Shown piece by piece: positions 28,857-39,116 of a stretch of DNA of 64,000 bases; position 1 is the stretch's first letter; the number at the start of each line of letters is the position of its first letter. The translations under genes were made by a program, and so were the position numbers. The notes below the pieces were generated by a model. The model saw only the letters and a program-made list of their open reading frames with translations. It did not search any database and had not been told where the DNA came from. Source of the stretch: Desulfomonilia bacterium (GTDB lineage Bacteria > Desulfobacterota > Desulfomonilia > UBA1062); assembly GCA_963664325.2 (NCBI GenBank), contig CAXXDQ010000007.1:480001-544000 (forward strand), in the 5' to 3' direction.

Positions 28857-29142
28857 GTTGAACCTCCCCAATGCAAAATACAGCATCTAATATTATCTAT
28901 ATAACACTTCAACAATTCAAGTTTATTCTTTTCAGGCGCGGGGCATTGCAATCAGTACTGTTGAGAATGACAACCGGGCTTTTATCGTTCGAGCCTGGTC
29001 TATACCAGGAACGCCACCGGCTCTGAGAGTTATTAAAGACGCAATGCTTGAAAGACAGAGGCCTGGTTACTATTCACATATTTGCAGGCGGGACCGTCAT
29101 TGTGATTGCAGTTGCCGGTGTGCAAGCTTGACAAGCCTGCTT

Positions 29143-30678
29143 TTACTCCCACTCGATTGTGCTGGGCGGTTTTGAGCTGATGTCGTAAACAACGCGGTTA
29201 ACGCCTTTAACTTCATTGATTATGCGCGTGGAGATTCTCGCCAGTATATCATATGGAATTTTCACCCAGTCCGCAGTCATGGCGTCCATACTGTGAACGG
29301 CACGGATAGCAATGGCGTTGGCATAGGTACGCTCGTCGCCCATTACACCTACGCTTTTTACAGGAAGCAATACTGCAAAACCCTGCCAGATGTCTTTATA
29401 ACCTTCCCACTTCTCAAGCTCCTCCTGCACCCGCAGGTCGGCCTGACGAAGCACATCAAGCTGTTCCCTTGTTATATCTCCAAGAAGCCTGACGGCAAGA
29501 CCCGGACCCGGAAACGGCTGACGCTTAAGAAGCTTATCCGGAAGCCCCAGCTCATGGCCAAGCACCCTCACCTCATCCTTGAACAGTTCCTTCAGGGGTT
29601 CGATCAGTTCAAACTTCAGGTCTTTAGGCAGGCCCCCGACATTGTGGTGGCTCTTGATGGTTACTGAAGGACCACCTTTGGCCGAACGGCTTTCTATGAT
29701 GTCAGGGTAGAGCGTGCCCTGTGCCAGGAACTTGGCGCCGCCTATTCTGTCGGCCTCGCCATAGAACACATCGATGAAAGTCTTACCTATTATCTTGCGT
29801 TTTTTCTCAGGATCGGAGACGCCTTTCAATGCTTCAAGAAAACACTCGCTTGCATCTACTATATCAAGGTTCAAAGGATAATCATGCGTGAACATTTGCC
29901 TGATCTCATCGACCTCATTGGCTCGCAGCAGTCCGTTATCAACAAAGATGGCTGTCATTTGTCTGCCGATTGCTTTATGTATGAGCGCAGCGGCGACCGA
30001 TGAATCAACGCCGCCTGAAAGCCCGCAAATAAGATTATCTTTCCCTACGGCAGCGCGTATCTTTGCGACAGTCTCCTCAATGAAACTCGCCATTGTCCAT
30101 TCGCCCCTGCATCGCGCAATCCTGAACAGGAAATTCCTGAGCACTTCCATTCCGCGCGGTGTATGAACAACTTCGGGATGAAACTGCACCCCGAATATTT
30201 TCCTTTTAAAATCGCCCATTGATGCAATGCAGGACGTCGTATGGGCAAGGACTTCAAATCCTTTTGGGGGCACCTTTACATGGTCACCGTGGCTCATCCA
30301 TACATCTATTCCAAGGCCGAAACCATCAAACAGCCCTGTATGCGAATCAATCTCAATCGATGCAGGACCATACTCACGGCTTTTTCCTGCGTCTACCGTA
30401 CCGCCGGAAACTTTTGCAATAAGCTGCATCCCATAGCATATACCAAGAAATGGAATCCCGCTCTCAAGAAGTGCGGCGTCCATACCGGGGTGATTATCTT
30501 CAAGTACCGAGGAGGGACCGCCAGAGAGCACTGCCGCTTTCACTCCCATTTCTCTCAGTTCATCGGCGGTTACATCGTGCCTGAGAATTTCGCAGTAAAC
30601 GCCAAGCTCTCTGATACGTCTGGCAATAAGCTGTGCATACTGGCTGCCGAAATCAAGAACAGCTACCATTTCTCTCAT
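29143..30678 (-). CDS. guaA: GMP synthase (glutamine-hydrolysing)
   Basis: LDFGSQY, GICYGMQ, QFHPEV, SGGVDS, KSHHNVGGL, KPPSTIEWE. Confidence 0.98.
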   Translation of the reverse strand: MREMVAVLDFGSQYAQLIARRIRELGVYCEILRHDVTADELREMGVKAAVLSGGPSSVLEDNHPGMDAALLESGIPFLGICYGMQLIAKVSGGTVDAGKSREYGPASIEIDSHTGLFDGFGLGIDVWMSHGDHVKVPPKGFEVLAHTTSCIASMGDFKRKIFGVQFHPEVVHTPRGMEVLRNFLFRIARCRGEWTMASFIEETVAKIRAAVGKDNLICGLSGGVDSSVAAALIHKAIGRQMTAIFVDNGLLRANEVDEIRQMFTHDYPLNLDIVDASECFLEALKGVSDPEKKRKIIGKTFIDVFYGEADRIGGAKFLAQGTLYPDIIESRSAKGGPSVTIKSHHNVGGLPKDLKFELIEPLKELFKDEVRVLGHELGLPDKLLKRQPFPGPGLAVRLLGDITREQLDVLRQADLRVQEELEKWEGYKDIWQGFAVLLPVKSVGVMGDERTYANAIAIRAVHSMDAMTADWVKIPYDILARISTRIINEVKGVNRVVYDISSKPPSTIEWE

Positions 30679-30705
30679 GTTTAACCTCTTAATTAAGTAA
30701 TCAGT

Positions 30706-30735
30706 AGACAGGAGTCAGGAGGAAGGAGACGGGAG
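30706..30735. repeat. Tandem heptamer repeat, inverse of the 16.5 kb copy
   Basis: GACAGGA GTCAGGA GGAAGGA GACGGGA. Confidence 0.65.
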
Positions 30736-30795
30736 AAAAACCAAACTGTTTTTCATTCTGTCTTCCTTATCCCTGCTTTTGCATCCTATTTTCAA

Positions 30796-32226
30796 TTAAT
30801 CCGGGCCTTCCATGCAGTCGCATCCTGAAAATGCAAACTTGTCATAATCCGACGGCTTTGCAGTCGGATATTTTCCTGTAAAGCACGCCGTACAGAAATC
30901 TGTAGGGTTCACTACGGTTGCGAGCATGCCGTCGACACTGAGATACTTCAGGCTGTCAGCCTCAATAAACTCGCAAATCTCCTCTACAGTTTTGGCTGCC
31001 CCTATAAGTTCTCCCTTGCTCGATATATCAATGCCGTAAAAGCAGGGGCATTTAACCGGCGGAGAACTTATCCTGACGTGAACCTCTTTCGCCCCGCCTT
31101 CCCTGATAAGCTTCACCAGTTTTTTCATTGTAGTGCCTCTGACAATCGAATCGTCGACCACCACAACCCGCCTGTCCTGGAGCACCCCGCCGACAGGATT
31201 GAATTTTATCTTCACACTGTCCTGCCTTGATTTCTGATATGGTGAGATAAAAGTCCGTCCCACATAATGGTTTCTGATAAGGCCTATCTCAAAACGTTTT
31301 CCCGATGCCTGGGCATATCCGAGCGCCGCAGTATTTGCCGAGTCGGGAATAGGTATAACGATATCGGCCTCTGCAGGCGACTCATTGGCAAGCTGTTTGC
31401 CCAGTCTTCTGCGGATTTTGTCAACCTTTTCACCGAATATCCAGCTGTCAGGCCTGCTGAAATAGATGAATTCGAAAATGCACTGCGCCTTTCTGCTTGA
31501 TGGCGGAAGCATAAGCGATTTAAGCCCTGACGAATCTATGACAATCACCTCTCCGGGTTCAACCGAGCGTATGTACTCGGCCCCTACAATGTCAAATGCA
31601 CAAGTCTCCGAAGCTACCATATATCCGCAAGATGTCTTTCCGAGACTGAGGGGTCTGTTTCCCATCGGGTCTCTTGCCGCTATCACTTTATCAGAGGTTA
31701 AGAAGACATAGCAGTATGCGCCCACCATTTGTGACAGTGCGTCTATGATCTGCTCCTCGATTGTTTCTTTCTGTGACCTTGCAATGAGGTGCAGGACGAT
31801 CTCGCTGTCCGATGTAGTCTGGAATATAGAGCCCGAGCATTCCATTTCATGCCTGAGGCGGGGGGCATTAACCATGTTACCGTTATGTGCGGCGGCCAGC
31901 TGGCCCGACTTGCACTGAATGACTAGCGGCTGGGCATTTGCAATATTAGTCCCGCCCCTTGTCGAATATCGGTTATGTCCTATGGCCAGATAACCGTGCA
32001 GTTTGGGCATTATCCTTGAATCCGAAAATACCGATCTTACCAGCCCCAGGCCTTTGTGATATCTGATGTCATGACCGTCTGACGCTGCAATTCCAGCGCT
32101 TTCCTGGCCTCGATGCTGAAGGGCGTAAAGCCCCAGATAAACCTTCTCAGAGGCATCCTCATCGCCATAAATACCTACTACTCCACAGTATTCCTTCAGT
32201 ATATCGTCCTCAATTATTGTATCCAT
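30796..32226 (-). CDS. purF: Amidophosphoribosyltransferase
   Basis: Propeptide then CGVVG, LQHRGQESAG, HNRYST, VDDSIVRGTT, PCFYGID, FCTACF. Confidence 0.97.
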   Translation of the reverse strand: MDTIIEDDILKEYCGVVGIYGDEDASEKVYLGLYALQHRGQESAGIAASDGHDIRYHKGLGLVRSVFSDSRIMPKLHGYLAIGHNRYSTRGGTNIANAQPLVIQCKSGQLAAAHNGNMVNAPRLRHEMECSGSIFQTTSDSEIVLHLIARSQKETIEEQIIDALSQMVGAYCYVFLTSDKVIAARDPMGNRPLSLGKTSCGYMVASETCAFDIVGAEYIRSVEPGEVIVIDSSGLKSLMLPPSSRKAQCIFEFIYFSRPDSWIFGEKVDKIRRRLGKQLANESPAEADIVIPIPDSANTAALGYAQASGKRFEIGLIRNHYVGRTFISPYQKSRQDSVKIKFNPVGGVLQDRRVVVVDDSIVRGTTMKKLVKLIREGGAKEVHVRISSPPVKCPCFYGIDISSKGELIGAAKTVEEICEFIEADSLKYLSVDGMLATVVNPTDFCTACFTGKYPTAKPSDYDKFAFSGCDCMEGPD

Positions 32227-32227
32227 T

Positions 32228-33043
32228 TTACAGCCGGATTTCTCCTTTGAATGTGACATCCACGGCCCCTATCAGCCATACATCCGAGAATGAACCGTCT
32301 CTTAATGTAAAGTCTACCATCAGCTCTCCACCGGGAACAATTACCTTTACAGGCCTGCCAGACACCCCCTGCATGGCAGCACTTATAAGGGCTGAAGCCG
32401 TCGCCCCTGTCCCGCAAGCAAGAGTTTCATCTTCGACTCCGCGCTCATAGGTTCGAACCCTGATAGTTCCTTTATCTATTACCTGAACGAAATTTACATT
32501 TGTTCCGGCAGGTTTGAAGGTTTCATGATAGCGTATTGCGCTTCCGAACATCTTTACCGAGACAGATTCGACATCATCCGTGAAGAGAACGGCATGCGGT
32601 ACGCCTGTATTTATGAACTGCATAATGTATTCCATGCCCTTGATGTTGACCGGGATATCATTTTTCATGCCGGTAGGATCAGTGAGTTTAATTGCAGCAC
32701 CGTCCTCGAACAGTTTTGCCTCGATTATTCCGGCAAGTGTCCTGAACTTCATTTCCCTGCCGGTAATACCCTGGGCTGCTGCAAAGCGGGCGGCGCATCT
32801 CGAACCGTTGCCGCACATCTCGGCTTCACTGCCGTCAGAGTTGAAAATACGCATTGTAAAATCTGCGTCTGTTGCCGGCTCGACAAGGATTATGCCGTCA
32901 GCACCGATCCCGAATTGTCTGTGACACAGCCTCAATGCAAGTCCGCTCAGGTCGGTTTTCAGGCCGAGGTCCATGTTATTTATCAGGACAAAATCGTTGC
33001 CGGTGCCAGACATTTTCACAAAGGGAAGCCAGTTATCACTCAT
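32228..33043 (-). CDS. dapF: Diaminopimelate epimerase
   Basis: KMSGTGNDF, GIGADG, EMCGNG, GVPH, ERGVEDETLACGTG. Confidence 0.97.
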   Translation of the reverse strand: MSDNWLPFVKMSGTGNDFVLINNMDLGLKTDLSGLALRLCHRQFGIGADGIILVEPATDADFTMRIFNSDGSEAEMCGNGSRCAARFAAAQGITGREMKFRTLAGIIEAKLFEDGAAIKLTDPTGMKNDIPVNIKGMEYIMQFINTGVPHAVLFTDDVESVSVKMFGSAIRYHETFKPAGTNVNFVQVIDKGTIRVRTYERGVEDETLACGTGATASALISAAMQGVSGRPVKVIVPGGELMVDFTLRDGSFSDVWLIGAVDVTFKGEIRL

Positions 33044-33199
33044 ATTAAACTCCTTGCCTGCACAATGAAGCGTTTAAAAGAATGGGCCGTGGTGATAGTT
33101 TCGATTAACAGACCATTATATTCCGGTCAAGTGACAGTTATGTGCCAAGCGAGAGTTTAACAACGCTGTTAAAATCTGTCCGGATTAAAGCTATGTTTA

Positions 33200-34204
33200 T
33201 TAAAAACAGTACCCTCTTGTTATGAAAAAATTGATCTTGTCATAAAAGAATATAATGCGGTTGTTCAGTTCAAGTGTGGAATATATCTCAAGGGGGGAAG
33301 AAAGTATCCGTTTCTTTATGACGAAAAGCCATATTGATTTCCTGCTGAGAGCGAGCGCAGTCAGGATTTCCGGAAGCAGTTCGGTTTCCCTTTTAATATC
33401 CTTTCCAAATTCAATATACTTTCTGTAATTAATCTCGCCACCCTTTAGCCAAGACCTTACATCGCATAAAGCCATGTTATTCAGCTTGATCAGTACTTCT
33501 CTCAAGCGCTTCATCTCAGGCATGTTATCCATAACCTTGTTTATCCATTCACGGGATATTCCATCCATGTTCATATCAATCAGTTTTACCAGCAGGTTTG
33601 AAAGAAAGGCACTTGAGTCTTCTGCACTCATCGTAACATCTTCAATATTGGCTGTTTCAGGAAAAAGATGCCTGAAAGAATCCATCATTGCCCATGTATC
33701 CTTGTAAATATTCTCAAAAATCTCCACAGCCTTGTCGTTAGAAGACCAGGCAAGTTCCGGGAGGCCTTTTATGGGAAAGTATGCTGCATCGGTTGCGTCA
33801 TCACCTGGTGTGAGCATACCGCCTGTAATCTTGACCTCATATGTGACAATAGCCAGACTTCCATAAAAATAATTCTCGATCGTATCAACATCAATAAGTC
33901 TTACGATCTCTCCCCTAAGCCCTGTTTCCTCATATAATTCCCTCAAGGCCGCCTGGCTCACCTCTTCACCGGACTCTGCAAATCCTATCGGCAGGCACCA
34001 CATGTCTTTATAAGGGACTTTTTTCCTTTTAACGAGAAGCACTTCGCGGTTCTCATTTGCGACAATGCAGCAGGCCACAGGCAGTGGATTTTCATAAAAT
34101 ATCGTTTTACAGCTTTTGCAATAATCCCTTGGCCTGTTTTCAAAAAGCTTTCTCGTTACTGTCTTACCGCAATAGCAACAGTATTTTTTATGCTTTTTCA
34201 TCAT
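33200..34204 (-). CDS. Zn-ribbon NUDIX hydrolase with C-terminal helical domain
   Basis: CCYC..CKSC ribbon, YENP, Nudix box G-FAESG-E-EVSQAAL-RELYEETG, about 160 aa extension. Confidence 0.85.
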   Translation of the reverse strand: MMKKHKKYCCYCGKTVTRKLFENRPRDYCKSCKTIFYENPLPVACCIVANENREVLLVKRKKVPYKDMWCLPIGFAESGEEVSQAALRELYEETGLRGEIVRLIDVDTIENYFYGSLAIVTYEVKITGGMLTPGDDATDAAYFPIKGLPELAWSSNDKAVEIFENIYKDTWAMMDSFRHLFPETANIEDVTMSAEDSSAFLSNLLVKLIDMNMDGISREWINKVMDNMPEMKRLREVLIKLNNMALCDVRSWLKGGEINYRKYIEFGKDIKRETELLPEILTALALSRKSIWLFVIKKRILSSPLEIYSTLELNNRIIFFYDKINFFITRGYCF

Positions 34205-34262
34205 CCTCACCAATTTAAATTCTACCGATAATTTTGCATGATCTCAACTTTCGCACCCTCTT

Positions 34263-35387
34263 TTAAAGTCCCAGTCTGCTTTCAAGGTCAACAACCCCTG
34301 TCCCTCTGTCATAAGTTATTTCGGTTCCAAAGGGTTGGGATATTTCATGCAGATGCTTTATTATCTCTTCCGCTCGTTTATTTCTGGCGCAAGCCGGCCT
34401 GAACGTTACTTCATAATTATCAACAATAAGGGGATATATCCTGATGCCTGATATCCTGTTTTCTTTCAGAACTACCCTGGCTGCAAAGCTTACAGGTGTT
34501 TTTCTGCTGTAAGATCCGAATGCATAATTGCCAAGACTGTAGAAAACTGGCTTGCCTTTATAGATCTCAATTGGCTGTGGAACATGAGGATGATGTCCGA
34601 ACACCATATCCGCACCTGAATCTATTGCAGCGTGTGCCATTTTAATCTGGTATGGCTTTGGTGCATCAGCCAGTTCCGCGCCCCAGTGGAAGCTTACTAT
34701 TACTACATCGGCTTCTTTTCTGGTCTTCTGAACATCATCAATCACCGAATTTTCTTCCCCGTATGCAGCGCCTGCAGTGTCTGATGTTGCCCAGAATTCT
34801 TTAGGATAGGTCATGGAATAAGAAAGCAGTCCATAGGTAATACCGTTTCTTTTCAGGATAGCGGCCTTGCGGGCATGCGTAATGTCTGTACCTGCACCGG
34901 AACACGCCATGCCTGATTTCTTACAGTAATCAATGGTTGAATATAACCCGGGCTCATTATAGTCCATGATATGATTGTTGGCCAGTGAGAGCATATCGAA
35001 TCCGGCTTTCCTTAGAGCCTTGATCGATGCCGGGTCACCCCTGAATACGAACTTCTTGTTTTTGCATGCCGTCCCTGTTTTCGTCACCGGACATTCCAGA
35101 TTTGCAAATGACAGGTCGGCGTTCTTAATAAGTTTTGAAAGCACAGGGTCTTCGAACGAATAGCCATAACCTTTTTTTCTTAAAAGAGGTTTTGCGCTCC
35201 CGGATAGCATTATGTCTCCGACAGCAACAACTGTATGAATTTCCATGTCATCATTCTTGTGGGATGTTTCAGCGTTGTTGAAAATCGCCAAAACAAAACC
35301 GGCTGTGAGAAATATGAGCCTTTTTAATAATCGGTTCCAGCCGGTCTTGTTTTCATTTAAAAAGAAAATTTCGGATATTATCTTCAC
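34263..35387 (-). CDS. CapA (PGA_cap) family metallophosphatase-like protein
   Basis: VGDIML, ANLE, SLANNH..D, SFHWG.E, GHHPHV.Q, YSLGN. Confidence 0.9.
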   Translation of the reverse strand: MKIISEIFFLNENKTGWNRLLKRLIFLTAGFVLAIFNNAETSHKNDDMEIHTVVAVGDIMLSGSAKPLLRKKGYGYSFEDPVLSKLIKNADLSFANLECPVTKTGTACKNKKFVFRGDPASIKALRKAGFDMLSLANNHIMDYNEPGLYSTIDYCKKSGMACSGAGTDITHARKAAILKRNGITYGLLSYSMTYPKEFWATSDTAGAAYGEENSVIDDVQKTRKEADVVIVSFHWGAELADAPKPYQIKMAHAAIDSGADMVFGHHPHVPQPIEIYKGKPVFYSLGNYAFGSYSRKTPVSFAARVVLKENRISGIRIYPLIVDNYEVTFRPACARNKRAEEIIKHLHEISQPFGTEITYDRGTGVVDLESRLGL

Positions 35388-36793
35388 CTGCTGTAGGCAA
35401 CAGTCGTTTTTGGATGATGCCTTGCATTTGCCTGGTAATGGGATTTTTTTCTGAGTTTGTGAGAAGAGTATTTCTTTGATTTTTCATTTCTTAAAGTTTT
35501 ATTCAATGTAAGCGGATTTACATATGCCCCTGATTTCATAACCCTCAAGTCAAGGTGGGGTCCGGTAGACATTCCAGATGAACCGACATAACCGATTATC
35601 TCCCCGCGTTTAACCGCTTTACCCTCTGTTATCTTTTTGGCAAAACGGCTGAGGTGAGCGTACTGAGATACATACCCGTCATAATGCCTGACCTGTACAG
35701 TCTCCCCGTATCCGTTTCGCCATCCGGTAAATATCACCTTTCCATACCCTATTGATTTCACCGGTGTGCCATAGGCTGCAGCATAATCCACCCCGGTATG
35801 ATGCTCGGGATTGCCCGTAACCGGATTTACTCTCCATGCAAATTTCGAAGTTATTTTCTTGTATGCCAGAGGAGCCTTCAGGAACTCACGCTTTGCAGCA
35901 AGTTTCGCTCTCAATAGCATCAGTTTTTGCCTGTACATAAGATTTCTGAATTTGTTTTTTATAGACTGAGGAGCATTGAATATTGAAGAATTGTTTAAGC
36001 CTTCATCATAGCTTTTGTCGGATACCTCCCAGGGTACCATTCCTGGTATAAAATCCAGGTCCGATGCCATCAGTTGAGCCGGCCCTGGAACAGTATTATT
36101 TACGGGTATATCTGTTTTTGTCTGAAGTTGATCTGCCATTTGTCCTTTCCGGACAGATGACACCTTCTGATTTAGGACCATTTCCAAAGCGACAGGCTTC
36201 GGTTTGAATGTTTCTATAACAGATGTTTTTTGCTCATTCCCGGTAAATTTTTCAACCCCTTGGGGAGTGTTTCTTGTGACTGATGCTTGTTTGACCGCAG
36301 CTACAGGCAGACCTTTTCCCGAGTATAAAATCCTTCTCTTCTCTTTTTTGAACGTATACCCAATCTCTGTTATTGCCGCTCCGTCTTTACTGTAAGTAAA
36401 GTCTAGTTGTCCTCCAGGTTTAATTTTCCTAAGCATCCTCCGGCCTATCTTCTTGGTAGCGGTAAGGGCATTACCTTCTGACACATTATACGTTTTCAAT
36501 ATGGAAATCAGAACATCTCCGTTCCTGATCTCATATACAGTTCTTCCGTATTCCGGCCGGGCTGATTCTGTATTTAAAAGACTCAACTGCCCCTTTTGGG
36601 GATATTCAGACAGCTTTTCTATGCTTGCCTGTGCTATCGAATTAATTAAAATAATAATTGTTGTTAATACTGTTATATTAAACCATTTTACTGATGGAAA
36701 TTCATCACTGCCCACTAATAACCTCCGCAACCTTTCTTTTAAAACATATATACCATTACTCAAGATTGCTTTGATTTTACAAACCATATACAC
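35384..36793 (-). CDS. M23 family peptidoglycan endopeptidase
   Basis: HTGVD, GYG..V...H, YAHLS, TGPHL; N-terminal TM; start codon uncertain. Confidence 0.88.
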   Translation of the reverse strand: MYMVCKIKAILSNGIYVLKERLRRLLVGSDEFPSVKWFNITVLTTIIILINSIAQASIEKLSEYPQKGQLSLLNTESARPEYGRTVYEIRNGDVLISILKTYNVSEGNALTATKKIGRRMLRKIKPGGQLDFTYSKDGAAITEIGYTFKKEKRRILYSGKGLPVAAVKQASVTRNTPQGVEKFTGNEQKTSVIETFKPKPVALEMVLNQKVSSVRKGQMADQLQTKTDIPVNNTVPGPAQLMASDLDFIPGMVPWEVSDKSYDEGLNNSSIFNAPQSIKNKFRNLMYRQKLMLLRAKLAAKREFLKAPLAYKKITSKFAWRVNPVTGNPEHHTGVDYAAAYGTPVKSIGYGKVIFTGWRNGYGETVQVRHYDGYVSQYAHLSRFAKKITEGKAVKRGEIIGYVGSSGMSTGPHLDLRVMKSGAYVNPLTLNKTLRNEKSKKYSSHKLRKKSHYQANARHHPKTTVAYSR

Positions 36794-36900
36794 TACTCAA
36801 AATTAACAAGTCAAACAAGGACGGTTTTGATTCATATAATCAATAAGTTAGCATATTTATTTACTTGATGTGTTTTATAAATTATCCTATGGAATATGAG

Positions 36901-38370
36901 ATGAAAATGGGCACGGAAATCATCTACCTGGATCACGCCGCGACTACGCCTGTGCATCCTGACGCGCTTGCGGCAATGCTGCCATGTTTCGGTTATCATT
37001 ATGGCAATCCAAGCAGTTTATATACTCTTGGGAAAAAAGCCGGGTCTCTTATTGATGAAGCAAGGGCGCAAACAGCAGCCCTGATAGGTGCAGAACCGGA
37101 AGAAATCATATTCACCTCCGGCGGGACAGAGGCCGACAATCTGGCAATCAGGGGAACGGCCTTTGCCCATGGGGAAAAAGGCAAGCATATTATAACCTGT
37201 GCAAGCGAACACCATGCCGTCCTTAATGCCTGCGAATGGCTTGAAGGCAGAGGATATACAGTCACATACCTTCCTGTTGACTCATATGGCGTCATCAATC
37301 CGGACGATATAAGAAGGGCCATTAAAAAAGACACAATACTGATCTCCGTTATGCATGCCAACAACGAGACCGGGACAGTGCAGCCGATTGAAGAGATCGG
37401 GAAAATAGCCAGGCAAAAAGGTGTTGTATTCCACACCGATGCCGTTCAGAGCACGGGTAAAATCCCGGTTGATGTAACCGGCCTTAATGTAGACCTTCTG
37501 AGCCTGTCATCACATAAAATATACGGCCCAAAAGGTGTCGGGGCTCTGTATGTAAGAAAAAGAACTGTTATTTCTCCTCTCTTTTCAGGTGGAGGTCAGG
37601 AAAAGGGCCTCAGATCAGGAACGGAAAATGTTACCGGAATAGTAGGCTTCGGACGCGCATGCAAGGCCGCACTGAACGATCTCCACCGTAATATTTCACA
37701 AGTCAAGGCTTTGAAGGATGGCCTTGAACAGATGCTGCTTGATAAACTGCCGGATGCCAGGATTAACGGCCATCCGACAGAGAGGCTGCCCCACATACTG
37801 AGCATTTCATTTGATGGAATTGAGGCCGAAAGCATAGTAGCGGCCCTGGATGCGCACGGGATATGCGCCTCTGCCGGAGCGGCCTGCACTTCAAAATCCG
37901 TAGAGCCCTCGCATGTGCTCACAGCAATGCGCGTACCGCCTCAGATGCTGTATGGGACAGTCAGGCTCAGCCCCGGCTGGGAAAATACAGAGGAACAGAT
38001 TTTGAAAACGGTTAATGTAATAGATACTGCTGTAAACGAATTCAGGGTTTTTTCCGACAAGGCCAGCGCCGATACATCTTACCTGTTGTTCCCTGACACC
38101 GTTACTGCTTATCAGGCTAAACTGGCAGTCAGTAAAGCAGGGATTGACTGTGTTTTCGCAGTTGTCCCGCCTCAGTTCAGATATCCATCCGCCAGCAACA
38201 CGGCTGTTGCTATTCCACGTTCAGGAAAAGCGATTTCATTAAAGACTTTATCAGGCATATCGCATGAGCCCGTGGCTGTTCATGATATCCAGGGTATTGG
38301 AAGGTATTCAAGGAATTCCCACCTGTCGAAGAAGGAGCATTCCTTCTGGGAGAATATTACCGGGTCTTGA
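36901..38370 (+). CDS. iscS: Cysteine desulfurase (group I) with extra C-terminal domain
   Basis: YLDHAATT, GNPSS, HTDAVQ, SSHKIYGPKG, SAGAACTS. Confidence 0.9.
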   Translation: MKMGTEIIYLDHAATTPVHPDALAAMLPCFGYHYGNPSSLYTLGKKAGSLIDEARAQTAALIGAEPEEIIFTSGGTEADNLAIRGTAFAHGEKGKHIITCASEHHAVLNACEWLEGRGYTVTYLPVDSYGVINPDDIRRAIKKDTILISVMHANNETGTVQPIEEIGKIARQKGVVFHTDAVQSTGKIPVDVTGLNVDLLSLSSHKIYGPKGVGALYVRKRTVISPLFSGGGQEKGLRSGTENVTGIVGFGRACKAALNDLHRNISQVKALKDGLEQMLLDKLPDARINGHPTERLPHILSISFDGIEAESIVAALDAHGICASAGAACTSKSVEPSHVLTAMRVPPQMLYGTVRLSPGWENTEEQILKTVNVIDTAVNEFRVFSDKASADTSYLLFPDTVTAYQAKLAVSKAGIDCVFAVVPPQFRYPSASNTAVAIPRSGKAISLKTLSGISHEPVAVHDIQGIGRYSRNSHLSKKEHSFWENITGS

Positions 38371-38430
38371 CTTGGTAACGGTTATACGGGTAATAGTTTT
38401 GCAAGGTTATACTATCGCCAAGGAGATATT

Positions 38431-39057
38431 ATGAAATTCAGATTTTTACCTAAGGGCTTTGATTTCTTTACACTTTTTGAAAAACAGGCAAATTATGCAG
38501 TTGATGCCGCCAAGCTGTTTACAGAACTGGTTTTAAGAGGGGTTTTCGACAGTGAATCCGTACAGCGCATGCGTGAAATAGAGCATCAGGCTGACGAAGT
38601 CACGCACGACATTATGAAAAACCTTAACCAGACATTTATTACACCTTTTGACCGCGAAGACATTCATGCCCTGGCAAGTGAAATGGACAGTGTTATAGAC
38701 ATGATGTATACAATCGTAAACAGGATGAGCGTTTATAAAATCTCAGGTGTCAACCAGGACCTCGTTCAGTTTTCAAATGTGATCGAGCGTTCTGTCAGAA
38801 CCCTTGCAATGGCGGTAAAGAGTCTTAATAAGACAAAAAATTACGAGTCCACCCTTGAGGCCTGCATTGAAGTAAACAGGCTGGAAAATATCGGCGACAC
38901 GATGAGAGACACCATTATAGGCAAACTTTTCGAAACCTCCACAGATACTATATACATTGTAAAATGGAAGGAAATTTACCAGTTTGCCGAAAGCGTTCTT
39001 GATATATGCGAAGATGTTGCAAATGTGGTTGAATCAATAGTCGTAAAGCAGGCCTAG
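38431..39057 (+). CDS. DUF47 / PhoU-like phosphate transport regulator
   Basis: EHQAD, TFITPFDREDI, NRLEN.GD, D.CEDVAN. Confidence 0.9.
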   Translation: MKFRFLPKGFDFFTLFEKQANYAVDAAKLFTELVLRGVFDSESVQRMREIEHQADEVTHDIMKNLNQTFITPFDREDIHALASEMDSVIDMMYTIVNRMSVYKISGVNQDLVQFSNVIERSVRTLAMAVKSLNKTKNYESTLEACIEVNRLENIGDTMRDTIIGKLFETSTDTIYIVKWKEIYQFAESVLDICEDVANVVESIVVKQA

Positions 39058-39116
39058 CATCTGCATCGATCAGTGTCTGATTCAACCGGTTTTGCACAGA
39101 TTTGATACTGTCTTAG

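Noticed and set aside
33156-33173. TTTAACA-ACGC-TGTTAAA palindrome upstream of dapF
   Set aside because: Single AT-rich copy that cannot be assigned to a regulator.
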